A stretch of 64,000 nucleotides of DNA from an uncultured Candidatus Rokubacteria bacterium (lineage in GTDB: Bacteria > Methylomirabilota > Methylomirabilia > Rokubacteriales > CSP1-6). The position numbers and the translations under genes are program-made. Shown in pieces: positions 21,283 to 32,312 of this stretch. Each line of letters begins with the position of its first letter. Position 1 is the stretch's first letter. Under the pieces are notes generated by a model that made no database searches, was not told the DNA's origin, and was given only the letters and a program-made list of their open reading frames with translations. The DNA lies in assembly GCA_963762145.1 (NCBI GenBank), contig CAVXJS010000011.1, positions 96,001 to 160,000 on the forward strand, written 5' to 3'.

Positions 21283-21861
21283 ATGGGCGACAACGTGATC
21301 CTGGTGGGCTTCATGGGGGCGGGCAAGTCGTCGGTGGGGCGGCTCCTCGCTCGCCGGCTCGGCCGGTGCTTCGTGGAGACCGACGACATGATCACGGCCC
21401 AGGAGGGCCGCTCGATCCCGGACATCTTCGCGGAGCGGGGCGAGGCCCACTTCCGCGCCCTGGAGGAGGAGACGGTGCGGCTGCTCGCGCTGAAGTCGGG
21501 CGACGTGATCGCCACCGGCGGGGGCCTGCCCTGCCGCGACGGGCGCCCCGAGACGCTCCGGGCCATGGGCACCGTGGTGTGGCTCCGCGGCGAGTTCGAC
21601 GCGGTGTACGAGCGGGCGCAGCGCGCGGGCGCGCGGCCGATGCTGGCCGGGCGCGGGCGCGACGAGATCGAGGCGCTCTATCGGGCGCGCGAGCCCTACT
21701 ATCGCCAGGCCGACCTCTCGGTGGACACCACCGGCATCAATCCCGACCAGGTCGTGGCCAAGCTCCTGCTCCTCCTGCGCTATCGCAACGCCGCCACCCT
21801 CTCTCCTCTGGACAAGCCCGGCTCCCTCTCCCCTCTGGGGAAGGGGCAGGGTGAGGGGTAG
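21283..21861 (+). CDS. aroK: Shikimate kinase
   Basis: GFMGAGKS, GEAHFR..E, ATGGG, RPML. Confidence 0.94.
   Translation: MGDNVILVGFMGAGKSSVGRLLARRLGRCFVETDDMITAQEGRSIPDIFAERGEAHFRALEEETVRLLALKSGDVIATGGGLPCRDGRPETLRAMGTVVWLRGEFDAVYERAQRAGARPMLAGRGRDEIEALYRAREPYYRQADLSVDTTGINPDQVVAKLLLLLRYRNAATLSPLDKPGSLSPLGKGQGEG
21824..21858 (-). repeat. REP-like palindromic element, copy 2 (inside the aroK 3' end)
   Basis: Reverse complement CCCCTCACCCTGCCCCTTCCCCAGAGGGGAGAGGG shares the first 15 and last 10 nt with the copy at 5516-5550. Confidence 0.72.
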
Positions 21862-21871
21862 TCGTACCGCG

Positions 21872-23722
21872 ATGCCCTCGCCCCTGCTCACCCGCCTCGC
21901 CGAGCGCCCGCTCCTCTGCGACGGGGCCATGGGCACGCTGCTGTACGCCCGCGGCGTCGCGCTCGACGCCTGCTTCGACGTGCTCAACCTCAACGAGCCC
22001 AAGCTCGTGCAGGCGGTCCACGCGGAGTACATCGCGGCGGGCTGCGACGCCATCGAGACGAATACCTTCGGAGCCAACCGCTTCAAGCTCGGCGTCCACG
22101 GCCTGCAGGCGCGCGTGCGGGAGATCAACCTGCGCGGCGCCAAGCTGGCGCGCGACGTGCGCGAGAGCATGGGGCGCGACGTGATGGTCCTGGGCTCGAT
22201 CGGCCCCCTCGGCAAGTACCTGGCCCCACTCGGCAGCGTCGAGCCGGCGGACGCGCGGGCCGCGTTCCACGAGCAGGCGGAGGGGCTCCTGGAAGGCGGC
22301 ATCGACGCGTTCGTGATCGAGACCTTCTCGGACCTCACCGAGATGCGCCTGGCCGTCGAGGCGGTGCGCGCTCTCACCGACCTGCCGATCCTCGCCGAGG
22401 TCGCGTTCACCGACGAGGGCGTGACCTTCACCGGGCGCGCCGCGGCCGAGGTCGTCCGCACCCTGCGGGAGCTGCCGATCCAGGCGGTGGGGGCCAACTG
22501 CTCGGTCGGCTCCAGCGTGCTCTTCGACATCCTGGAGCAGATGGTGCCGGAGGCGGGCGGCCTCCACGTGGCCATCCAGCCGAACGCGGGGCTGCCGAGC
22601 CGGGTGGGAGAGCGGCTGATGTACCTCTCCTCGCCGATCTACATGGCGGACTACGCGGCGCGGATGATCGCGAGCGGCGCGCGCCTTGTCGGCGGCTGCT
22701 GCGGGACGACACCCCAGCACATTCGCGCGATGCGGGAGGCGCTCGACCGGCTGGTGCCCCAGCGCAGCGCCGCCCGGGTCGAGCCGGTCCGTCGTGCCCG
22801 GGTGGAGATCGCCGAGCCCTCCGGCCTCGCCACCAGCGCGCCGCCCACCCTGCTGCAGCGCCGCCTCGACGCGGGGGAGTTCCTCGTCACGGTCGAGCTG
22901 GATCCGCCGCGCGGACACAACATCGAGAAGCTCGTGCAGGGGGCGAAGCTCCTCAAGGAGCGCGGCGTCGAGATCGTGGACATCAACGACGGCTCGCTGG
23001 GCCGCGTGCGGATGTCGGTCCTGCCCACCGCGATGCTGGTGCGGGACGCGACCGGGCTCGACATCAACATGCACTTCACCTGCCGCGATCGGAACCTGAT
23101 GGGCATCCAGGCGGATCTCCTCGGCGCCCACGCGATGGACATCCGCAACATCCTGGCCATGACCGGCGATCCCCCGCGGACCGGCGACTACGTCAACGCC
23201 ACCGCGGTGTTCGACGTGGACGCGATCGGCCTCATCCGGATCCTCGCCGAGATGAACCGCGGCCTCGACGCTACCGGCACCTCGATCGGCGAGCCCACCT
23301 CGTTCAGCGTGGGGGTGGCCCTCAACCCGGCGAGCGAGGAGCCGGCGCGCGAGATGGAGCGCTTCCTCGCCAAGGTCGAGGCGGGGGCCCGCTGGGTACA
23401 GACGCAGCCCATCTACGATCTGGACGTGCTCGATCGGTTCTTCGCGCGGACCCGCTCGCCGATTCCCCTCGTCGTCGGCATCATGCCGCTCCACTCGTCA
23501 CGCCACGCCGAGTTCCTGCACAACGAGGTGCCGGGCATCACGGTGCCCGACCCGGTGCGGGCGCGGATGCGGGAGGCGGGCGAGCGCGGGCTCCGCGCCG
23601 GCATCGAGATGGCCCAGGGCCTCCTGCGCGACCTGCGCAGCCGCCACCACGCCGGCGTCTACCTGATGCCGTCCTTCGGCCGCTTCGAGGTCGTGGCTGA
23701 GGTCCTGGACGCGCTGCACTGA
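21872..23722 (+). CDS. yitJ: Bifunctional homocysteine S-methyltransferase/5,10-methylenetetrahydrofolate reductase
   Basis: N-terminal DGAMGT, ANCS, GGCCG; C-terminal VELDPP, HFTCRDRN, TGDPP, TQPIYD. Confidence 0.92.
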   Translation: MPSPLLTRLAERPLLCDGAMGTLLYARGVALDACFDVLNLNEPKLVQAVHAEYIAAGCDAIETNTFGANRFKLGVHGLQARVREINLRGAKLARDVRESMGRDVMVLGSIGPLGKYLAPLGSVEPADARAAFHEQAEGLLEGGIDAFVIETFSDLTEMRLAVEAVRALTDLPILAEVAFTDEGVTFTGRAAAEVVRTLRELPIQAVGANCSVGSSVLFDILEQMVPEAGGLHVAIQPNAGLPSRVGERLMYLSSPIYMADYAARMIASGARLVGGCCGTTPQHIRAMREALDRLVPQRSAARVEPVRRARVEIAEPSGLATSAPPTLLQRRLDAGEFLVTVELDPPRGHNIEKLVQGAKLLKERGVEIVDINDGSLGRVRMSVLPTAMLVRDATGLDINMHFTCRDRNLMGIQADLLGAHAMDIRNILAMTGDPPRTGDYVNATAVFDVDAIGLIRILAEMNRGLDATGTSIGEPTSFSVGVALNPASEEPAREMERFLAKVEAGARWVQTQPIYDLDVLDRFFARTRSPIPLVVGIMPLHSSRHAEFLHNEVPGITVPDPVRARMREAGERGLRAGIEMAQGLLRDLRSRHHAGVYLMPSFGRFEVVAEVLDALH

Positions 23723-23724
23723 GC

Positions 23725-25044
23725 ATGGCGGCCATGTACGAGCTGGGAGCCGCCGAGGCCGCCCGGCGCATCCGCGCCGGCACGCTGTCGCCTTCGAACC
23801 TGCTCGCGGCGTGCCTCAAGCGCATCGACGCGACCGAGCCCGCGGTCGGCGCGTGGGTGCGGCTCGACCGCGACGCGGCCGCGCGGGTGGCGGTGCAGCG
23901 CGACATCGAGGCCCGCGAGGGGCGCTTCATGGGCGCGCTGCACGGCGTCCCCATCGGGCTCAAGGACATCTTCGACGCGGCCGGCGTGCCCACCGCCTCG
24001 GGCGCGCCCGCCTGGGCCACGCGTACCCCGGCGGCGGATGCGCCGTCCGTCGCGGCGCTGCGGGGCGCGGGCGGGGTGCCGATGGGCAAGCTCGTGACCA
24101 CGGCCTTCGCGTACCTCGACCCGTCGGTCACGCGCAATCCGTGGAATCCGGAGCACACCCCCGGCGGCTCCTCCAGCGGCCCCGCCGCGGCGGTGGCCGC
24201 GCGCATGACGCCGCTGGCGCTCGGGTCGCAGACGGTGGGCTCGGTGCTGCGGCCGGCCGCGTACTGCGGCGTCGTCGGCTTCAAGCCCACCCACGGCCGG
24301 ATCAGCGCGGCGGGCGTGCTCGAGCTGGCCGGCAGCCTGGACCACGTCGGGGTGTTCGCACGGGCGGTGGAGGACTGCGCGCTCGCGCTCGCGGTGCTGG
24401 CCGGGGGGGATCCCGCGCCGGAGGACTACCGGGCCGCGGTGGTCGAGCCGCCGGCGCCCCGTCTGGGCGTGCTCGCCTCGTTCATGGCCCGGGCGACGCC
24501 CGAGATGGGCAAGCATCTCGAAGCGGTCGCGCGCGGCCTCGAAGCCGCGGGGGCGCGGCTGGAGGAGGTGGCGCTGCCCGACGCGTTCGCCGCGATCTAC
24601 GACGTGGGCGCCACCGTGCTGCGCGCGGAGGCGGCGGCCGCGCACGCCGCGCTCTTTCCCGCGCACGCGGCCGAGTACCCGCCGAAGATCAGGGAGCTGA
24701 TCGAGCTGGGCCACGCGATCTCGGCGCCCGCGTACCTGGCCGCGCAGGCCGCGCGGCGGCAGGTCCGCGCGGAGACGGGGGCGGTCGCCGCGCGCTACGA
24801 CGCGCTCCTCCTGCCCACCATCGGCGCGCCGGCGCCCCGGGGGCTGGGGTCGACGGGCGATCCCGCGTTCTGCTCGCCGTGGAGCTCCCTGGGGATGCCC
24901 GCCATCACGCTGCCGACCGGTGTGGAGGGCGGCCTGCCGCTCGCCCTCCAGCTCGTGGCCGCCCCGTGGGGCGAGGCGCGGCTGCTGGCGTCGGCCGCCT
25001 GGTGCGAGCGCGTGATCGGCTTCACCGCCGGTCCGCCGCTCTGA
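23725..25044 (+). CDS. Amidase signature family protein
   Basis: GVPIGLKD, PGGSSSG, GSQTVGSVLRPAAYCG. Confidence 0.93.
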   Translation: MAAMYELGAAEAARRIRAGTLSPSNLLAACLKRIDATEPAVGAWVRLDRDAAARVAVQRDIEAREGRFMGALHGVPIGLKDIFDAAGVPTASGAPAWATRTPAADAPSVAALRGAGGVPMGKLVTTAFAYLDPSVTRNPWNPEHTPGGSSSGPAAAVAARMTPLALGSQTVGSVLRPAAYCGVVGFKPTHGRISAAGVLELAGSLDHVGVFARAVEDCALALAVLAGGDPAPEDYRAAVVEPPAPRLGVLASFMARATPEMGKHLEAVARGLEAAGARLEEVALPDAFAAIYDVGATVLRAEAAAAHAALFPAHAAEYPPKIRELIELGHAISAPAYLAAQAARRQVRAETGAVAARYDALLLPTIGAPAPRGLGSTGDPAFCSPWSSLGMPAITLPTGVEGGLPLALQLVAAPWGEARLLASAAWCERVIGFTAGPPL

Positions 25045-25054
25045 GGCCGCGCGC

Positions 25055-28000
25055 GTGAAGATCGGGCGCCTGTTCCCCGACCTCCTGGCCACGCTGGAGC
25101 GCGCCGCGTCCTCCGAGGCGGGCTTCACCCGCACGCTCCGGCTGCTCGTGACCCTCGCCGGCGCCCGAGCAGGCGGCCTGCGCTTTCGCCCCGGGGACGG
25201 CACCCCGCTGGACGTGATCGTGGGCGCCCGGCGTGGCTCCGCCCTCGAGGGCTGGATTCAGGCGCGGCTCGAGCAGTCCGGCCGGGGCGTGAAGGTCGAG
25301 AAGCTGGCCGAGGCGCCGCCGGGGATCCGGTCGCGCGATATCACGGTGCTGACCGCGGGGCTGGGCGATGCCGTCCGTCCCGTCGGCGGGCTCGTGCTGC
25401 TCGGGCCGGGCGGCGCGCGCGGGCTCGCCCGCGAGACGATCCCGCCGAGCTTCCTGCGCGAGTTTGGCCACGCCCTCGAGCAGGTGTGGCGCCTGCGGCG
25501 GCGCACCATCCGGCTCGAAGTCATCAACGAGGTAATGGCCCTCACCGCGACGACGCTGCCGCTCGATCGCGTGTACGGCAAGACGGCGGAGGCGGTCGCC
25601 CGGCTGATCCGCTTCGACGCGCTCGGCGTGACGCTGCTCGATCGCGAGCGGGGGGACTTCCGGTTCCTCGACGTGACCGCGCCCGCCGTGCGGCCCGAGG
25701 TCCTCGACTTCCGGATGCCTACCGCCGGGACCCTGACCGCGTGGGTCGCGAGCCAGCGGGCGCCGCGACGCGTCGACGATGCGACCACCGATCCGTCCGT
25801 CCCGGCGGTGAGCCGCGACCTGCTGTCGCGGCGGGGCTTCCGGTCCGCGATCCTGGCTCCGCTGCTCTCGCAGGGCCAGGTCATCGGCACGCTGAACGTC
25901 GCCCACCGCGCGCCGCACGCCTTCACGGACGCCGACGTGGAGATCTTGATGGAGGTGGCGCGCCCGCTTGCCTCCGCGGTGGAGCATGCGCGCCTGCACG
26001 CGGAGAGCGCGCGCGGTGCCGAGGAGCTGGCCGCGCTGAACCGCACGAGCCAGCTCATCACCGCGCGGCTCGACCTGCCCTCGGTCCTGGAGACGATCAG
26101 CCGCTCGGTCACCTCGCTCATGGGGAGCACCGGCTGCGGCATCGGGCTCCTGAGCCCCGACGACCGGACCCTGATCGAGCAGGCGGCCGCGCACGGCTTC
26201 CGGACCCCGGAGTGGCAGAACCTCTCGGTGCGGGTGGGGGAGGGGCTCATCGGCCTCGCCGTCTCGTCGGGGCAGGCGGTGCGCTCCGACGATCTCCGCG
26301 AAGATCCGCGCTCCGCGCGGCGGGACCTGGACGAGAAGGAAGGCATCCGCTCCCTGCTGAGCGTGCCGCTGCGGGTCGGCGGCCAGATCATCGGCGTCAT
26401 CTCCGCCTTCTCCACCGAGCCACGCGCCTTCGGCGATCGCCAGCAGGCGATGCTGGAGAGCTTCGCGGATCAGGCCGGCATCGCGATCCAGAACGCGCGC
26501 CTGTTCGAGGAGACCCAGCGGCGCGCGCGGGAGACCCAGGCCCTGCTGCGCGCGGGCCACGCGGTCAACCAGAGTCTCGACGTGAGCGAGACGGTGGGAC
26601 TCATCCTGAACCAGGCCCGCGAGGTGCTGGAGGTGCAGTCGTGCGGCCTGTTCACGCTGGACGCCGCGACCGGCGAGCTGACCGCCACCGCCAGCCTCGA
26701 CCTGCCCGCGGAGGACCTGCACGCGATCCGCCTGCGGGTCGGCGAGGGCATCACCGGCGTCGCGGTCAAGGAGCGACGGCCGGTGCAGACCGCGGACCTC
26801 TACCGCGATCCCCGGGTGCGGTATCCGCAGGCGAGCCTGCGCTCGATGCTGGCCGCGCCCCTGATCGTGGGGGAGCAGACGATCGGCGCCCTCACCGTGC
26901 TCCGGACCGACGTGCACCACTTCAGCGCCGAGGAGGAATCGCTGGTCTCCGCGTTCGCAGACCAGGCCGCGATGGCGCTGGAGCACGCGCGCCTGTTCAG
27001 CTCGGTCCGCACGTACTCCGAGCGCCTGGAGGCCATGGTGGAGGCGCGCACCCACGAGCTCGACGAGCAGCGGCGCTTCGTGGAGGTGGTGCTGGAGACG
27101 CTGCCGCTCGGCCTCTTCGTGCTCGACGCGGAGCTGCGCGTGATCAGCACGAACCGGGAAGGCGGCGCGCTGTTGCCGGTGGAGGCCGGTGCCCGCCGTC
27201 CGTTCGCGGAGCTGATGCCGCCCGCCAAGGTCGCCGCGGTACACGCCTTCCTGGAGGGCGCGGTGACCGCGCGCGAGGTGCGCCATGCCGAGGAGGAGCT
27301 GCCCGCGGGCGGGGAGACCCTCACCGTGCGGTTGACCGCGACCCCGCTCCGCGCCCCGCAGGCCACCCACGTGCTGGTCCTGGTGGAGGACATCACGCTG
27401 CAGAAGCGGCTCGAGCGCCAGATGGTGCTGACCGAGCGGCTCACCACCGCGGGGCGGCTGGCCGCCGGGGTGGCCCACGAGCTGAATAATCCGCTGGCCA
27501 CCATCGCGGGCTGCGCGGAGGCCCTGAAGGAGCGGGCGCACGATCCGCACCTGCGCGGCCTGGATGCGTTCAAGGACTTCCCGAGCTATCTCGGGCTGAT
27601 CGAGGAGGAGGCGTACCGCTGCAAGGAGATCACCGGGAGCCTGCTCCACTTCGTGCGCGACCCCGGCAGCCGCCGCGCCCCGACCGATCTGAACATGCTG
27701 GCGGACAAGGTGCTGGAGCTGATCGGACACCAGTCCCGCTACGCCCAGAGCCGGTTCGAGCGGCGCTTCGACGCCGAGATGCCCGACGTGGTGGCCAACG
27801 AGGGCCAGCTCCGCCAGGTGTTCCTCGGGCTCGCCAGCAACGCGCTCGACGCGATGGACGGCCGTGGGACCCTGACCGTGACCACGCGCCGACGCAACGC
27901 CAAGGAGGTCGAGATTGCATTCACGGACGAGGGCCCGGGCATTCCCGAGCACATCCTGCCGCGCGTGTTCGACCCCTTCTTCACCACCAAGCCGCCGGGC

Positions 28001-28125
28001 CAAGGGACCGGGCTCGGCCTGGCGATCGCGCAGGGCTTCGTGGCCGACCACGACGGCCGCTTCGAGGTCGACTCCCGCGTCGGCGCCGGCACCACCTTCC
28101 GCGTCATCCTGCCGGTGACTCGCTC

Positions 28126-28129
<4 letters not shown>
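25055..28129 (+). CDS. Cytoplasmic multi-GAF/PAS histidine kinase
   Basis: Three clear GAF repeats (PL...IG.L, FADQA..A..NARL), a PAS-like segment, AHELNNPL, FFTTKPPGQGTGLGL. No TM helix. Confidence 0.93.
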
Positions 28130-29472
<1,343 letters not shown>

Positions 29473-29499
29473 GCCCGGCCGTCCCCTTTCGGGCGCGGG

Positions 29500-31209
29500 T
29501 CACGCCGGGAGCGTGTACCGCTGCTCGATCGCGGCTCGAATTCGGGCGCGGCTCTCCCGGGCGGGAAGGTTGTCCTCGCGCTCGATGGCGGCCGCGTCGT
29601 CCGCCAGCTCGTCGTTCTTGATGGCCTCACGGAACCAGCGCGAGTAGTGACCGTTGCGCAGATGGTGCCGCCACGTGTCGTCGTCCACGCCGTCGGCGAG
29701 CTGGACGAAGACCGCCAGATTCTGGGCGCGGAGATTGAGCCGGTCATCCGGCCCGCGGAAGTAAAAGCTTCGGTCGGGGCCAAGCTCGCCTTCCGCGTAC
29801 TTGCGGACGTGCCGCTGCCGCTCGGCGCGCGCCGGCGCGATCCGGAACGTGATCGGCGCGCCGGTGCCGGCTGGCGACCAGTAGCGCGCCTCTCCTGGGG
29901 CGAGCGGTGTCGGCGACCCGCGCGGGATGGACCGGCCAGTGGCCGTGCAGAACCCCCGGATGGCATCTTCGCCCGATCCTCCCACTCCGAGCACGACACT
30001 GACACCCGTCAGCACGGCCGGGGCGACGTGCTCGGGATGCACCGTGATGAGGATCACGTCGGTCAGGGTCTTGGGCATGAAGGTCGCGTGATCCCGCTCG
30101 GGTGGAAAGAGGTGATGGGCTTCGTCCACCACGAGCCAGTGAGGCCGGCCGACCCGCGCCCGCAACTCCTGCAGCCGCGGCAGCAGCGCGGCGAAGAATG
30201 CCGGCCGATCCTTGAGCGGGACCCCGAGCAGGTTCACGACCACGTGGCGATCGGGCGCGTCGAGGACCTTGACGATCTCGTCGGCGCTCGGCACGCGCTT
30301 TTGGTCACCGAGCACGATTGCGCCGGGCAGGGCCACATAGTCGCCCTCTGGATCGACGACGCAGATCTGGTAGTGGCGCTCCACCAGACGCTCCATGATC
30401 GAGGTGGCCAAGGTCGACTTGCCGCTGCCTGACGGCCCCGCGATCAGCACGCTGGCGCCATACGGTGGGATCGATACCTCTTCGGCCATCGCAGTCGTGC
30501 CGAGGCTGATCATGTGCCGGGCCAGCCGTGGCTTCAGCTCAGCGAGATCCGATCGAAGAAGGCGCTCGACGAGCTCCTGCGTGCCCATTCCATTGGCCTC
30601 CGCCGTGACCAGATCGGCGGTCGCCTTGAGCATGGGCAGCGCGTTCGCGACCGCCACCGCGCACTCGCATTGCGTCAGAAACGCGTGGTCGTTCTCCGCG
30701 TCGCCGACCCCCACGCAGTTGTGAGCCGATATTTTCAGGTCGCCGAGCGCGGCGACGAGCCCGGTGGCTTTGTTGACGCCCGGGGGCAGCACCATCACCG
30801 CACCCTTGTTGAAGATGACCTGCAGCTCGAGCCCGAGCGTCTGGATCGCTCGGAGGACGGTGGTGTCCCATGGCTGCCACGTGGCTACGATCACATGCCC
30901 GCGGTCGAGCGGTACCACGCCGGCGGCTCGGAGGACGTCGACCAACGCCTCCGGCACCGGATCGTGCAAGACGCGGGTCTCCTTGGTATCCGGCCGATAG
31001 ACGACCGCGCCATTCTCGGCAACCACACGCGCGAACAAGCTCACGCCGGGAAATACCTCGACGAGATCTTCGAGCCGGCGCCCGGTGACGAGCACGAGCT
31101 TGCGGCCGGTCTCGCTCAGTCGGCGTATCGCATCGAGCGTCGGCTCGGCCACCCGGCCGTCGTGTGCCAAGGTCCCATCGTAGTCGCACGCGAGCACGTG
31201 ATAGCGCAT
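29500..31209 (-). CDS. HAD-IIB phosphatase fused to a HerA/DUF87-like P-loop ATPase and a C-terminal helical domain
   Basis: DYDGT, GVNKA, GDAEND; Walker A GPSGSGKS, DPEGDY, Walker B LVVDEAH. ATG at 31209. Confidence 0.85.
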   Translation of the reverse strand: MRYHVLACDYDGTLAHDGRVAEPTLDAIRRLSETGRKLVLVTGRRLEDLVEVFPGVSLFARVVAENGAVVYRPDTKETRVLHDPVPEALVDVLRAAGVVPLDRGHVIVATWQPWDTTVLRAIQTLGLELQVIFNKGAVMVLPPGVNKATGLVAALGDLKISAHNCVGVGDAENDHAFLTQCECAVAVANALPMLKATADLVTAEANGMGTQELVERLLRSDLAELKPRLARHMISLGTTAMAEEVSIPPYGASVLIAGPSGSGKSTLATSIMERLVERHYQICVVDPEGDYVALPGAIVLGDQKRVPSADEIVKVLDAPDRHVVVNLLGVPLKDRPAFFAALLPRLQELRARVGRPHWLVVDEAHHLFPPERDHATFMPKTLTDVILITVHPEHVAPAVLTGVSVVLGVGGSGEDAIRGFCTATGRSIPRGSPTPLAPGEARYWSPAGTGAPITFRIAPARAERQRHVRKYAEGELGPDRSFYFRGPDDRLNLRAQNLAVFVQLADGVDDDTWRHHLRNGHYSRWFREAIKNDELADDAAAIEREDNLPARESRARIRAAIEQRYTLPA

Positions 31210-31223
31210 CTTCTCCTGAGGTA

Positions 31224-31239
31224 AGCAAGCCATGTGCCC
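31224..31239 (-). promoter_or_regulatory. Candidate sigma-54 promoter for the HAD-ATPase gene
   Basis: Minus strand GGGCAC-ATGGC-TTGCT (GG-N10-GC). Confidence 0.55.
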
Positions 31240-31473
31240 TACCAGGCCACGACGGTGCGACCTAGAATTCCCAACAACTTCGGAGCCAGTTCGGTCATGC
31301 GGCCAAGGTTTACTGGGTAGTATTAACGCGACGACGCCAACGTAGTGGCGGTTGTCAGAGCGCCGCTTTGCGTCACTTGGATCGGGCACAACGCCCGCAC
31401 CTTGACGGACTCGACCCGCCGTCTCGGCTCGTAAGGCCTTGCTTTGGCAGGAAATCCTGATGAAATTCGCCGC

Positions 31474-31489
31474 TGGCACAAAGGTTGAA
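31474..31489 (+). promoter_or_regulatory. Candidate sigma-54 promoter (variant -12)
   Basis: TGGCAC-AAAGG-TTGAA; perfect -24 element, GA instead of GC at -12. Confidence 0.5.
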
Positions 31490-31536
31490 TCTCTCCTGAC
31501 GGTTCGACTCGTACTGAAAGGATTAAGGGGAGAAAC

Positions 31537-31944
31537 ATGACTCGGCTACTGACGATCGATGGGGACCGGAACCGGGCGCAGGCCCTGGCCATGGAATGCC
31601 TCGAGCAGGGCGTGGCGGTGCGCATCGCCGAGACGCTGTGCGAGGGCGTGCGATATCTGCTCGACGCGCCGGTCTCGCTGGTCCTGGCGGAAGCGGGGAT
31701 GTTGCGGATGGCCAGCAGTGATCAGGCGCGCCTGTTCGAGACGGTGGCGCCCGGCGTGCCGGTGATCCTCACCGTGGACGCGGGGGCGAAGGTGGAGGAC
31801 CTGGTGAATCTGGAGCTGCAGGGGTTTCGCGTGATGACCCGGCCCTTCGTGCTGGGTGATCTGCTCGCGAAGATCGAGCTGCCGGCCAAGGGCGCGCCCG
31901 CCCGCCGGGATGCCCGCGCGCGGGTCGAGACGGTCTGTTGGTAG
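31537..31944 (+). CDS. Atypical (pseudo) receiver-domain protein
   Basis: SD AAGGGGAG; CheY-like pattern LLTIDGD...LVLAE...PVILTV...TRPF. Confidence 0.6.
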   Translation: MTRLLTIDGDRNRAQALAMECLEQGVAVRIAETLCEGVRYLLDAPVSLVLAEAGMLRMASSDQARLFETVAPGVPVILTVDAGAKVEDLVNLELQGFRVMTRPFVLGDLLAKIELPAKGAPARRDARARVETVCW

Positions 31945-31955
31945 GGAGCGCATCG

Positions 31956-32162
31956 ATGGGAAAGCGATGGATCTTCGCCCTGACGGTGGCCGCGGTGCTG
32001 GGCCTGATCGGGCTGCTGGCCTACACCAGCGAGTCCGTGCACCGCGCGGCGGAGCCTCCGCCGGTCGGGACCGAGGCGGCGCGGCCGACCGTCGAGCCCG
32101 TCCCTCACGAGCGTGAGGTCGGGCCCACCGTCGACAGCACCGGGTTGATGCTCACCTACTAG
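31956..32162 (+). CDS. Small membrane-anchored hypothetical protein
   Basis: SD GGGAG; one N-terminal TM helix and a Pro-rich tail. Confidence 0.5.
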   Translation: MGKRWIFALTVAAVLGLIGLLAYTSESVHRAAEPPPVGTEAARPTVEPVPHEREVGPTVDSTGLMLTY

Positions 32163-32312
32163 GTCTCCCGGGTCTCCGCCGTGGCGGAGGCCGGGGTCCT
32201 GGTGTACAGTATTGGCCGATGCGCCGCCGCCGGCGGCGCCCTCGCCTCCGATATTGGCTCTTCCGAGTATTGGGGCGCGTACGAAGCGGAAGAGTGACCG
32301 AAGGAGAACCAC

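Noticed and set aside
25022-28051. Very long antisense ORFs (this 1009-aa one; also 8443-11292, 49158-52067, 40971-43016 and others)
   Set aside because: These are shadow frames opposite well-supported genes, expected in high-GC DNA, with no recognisable motifs.
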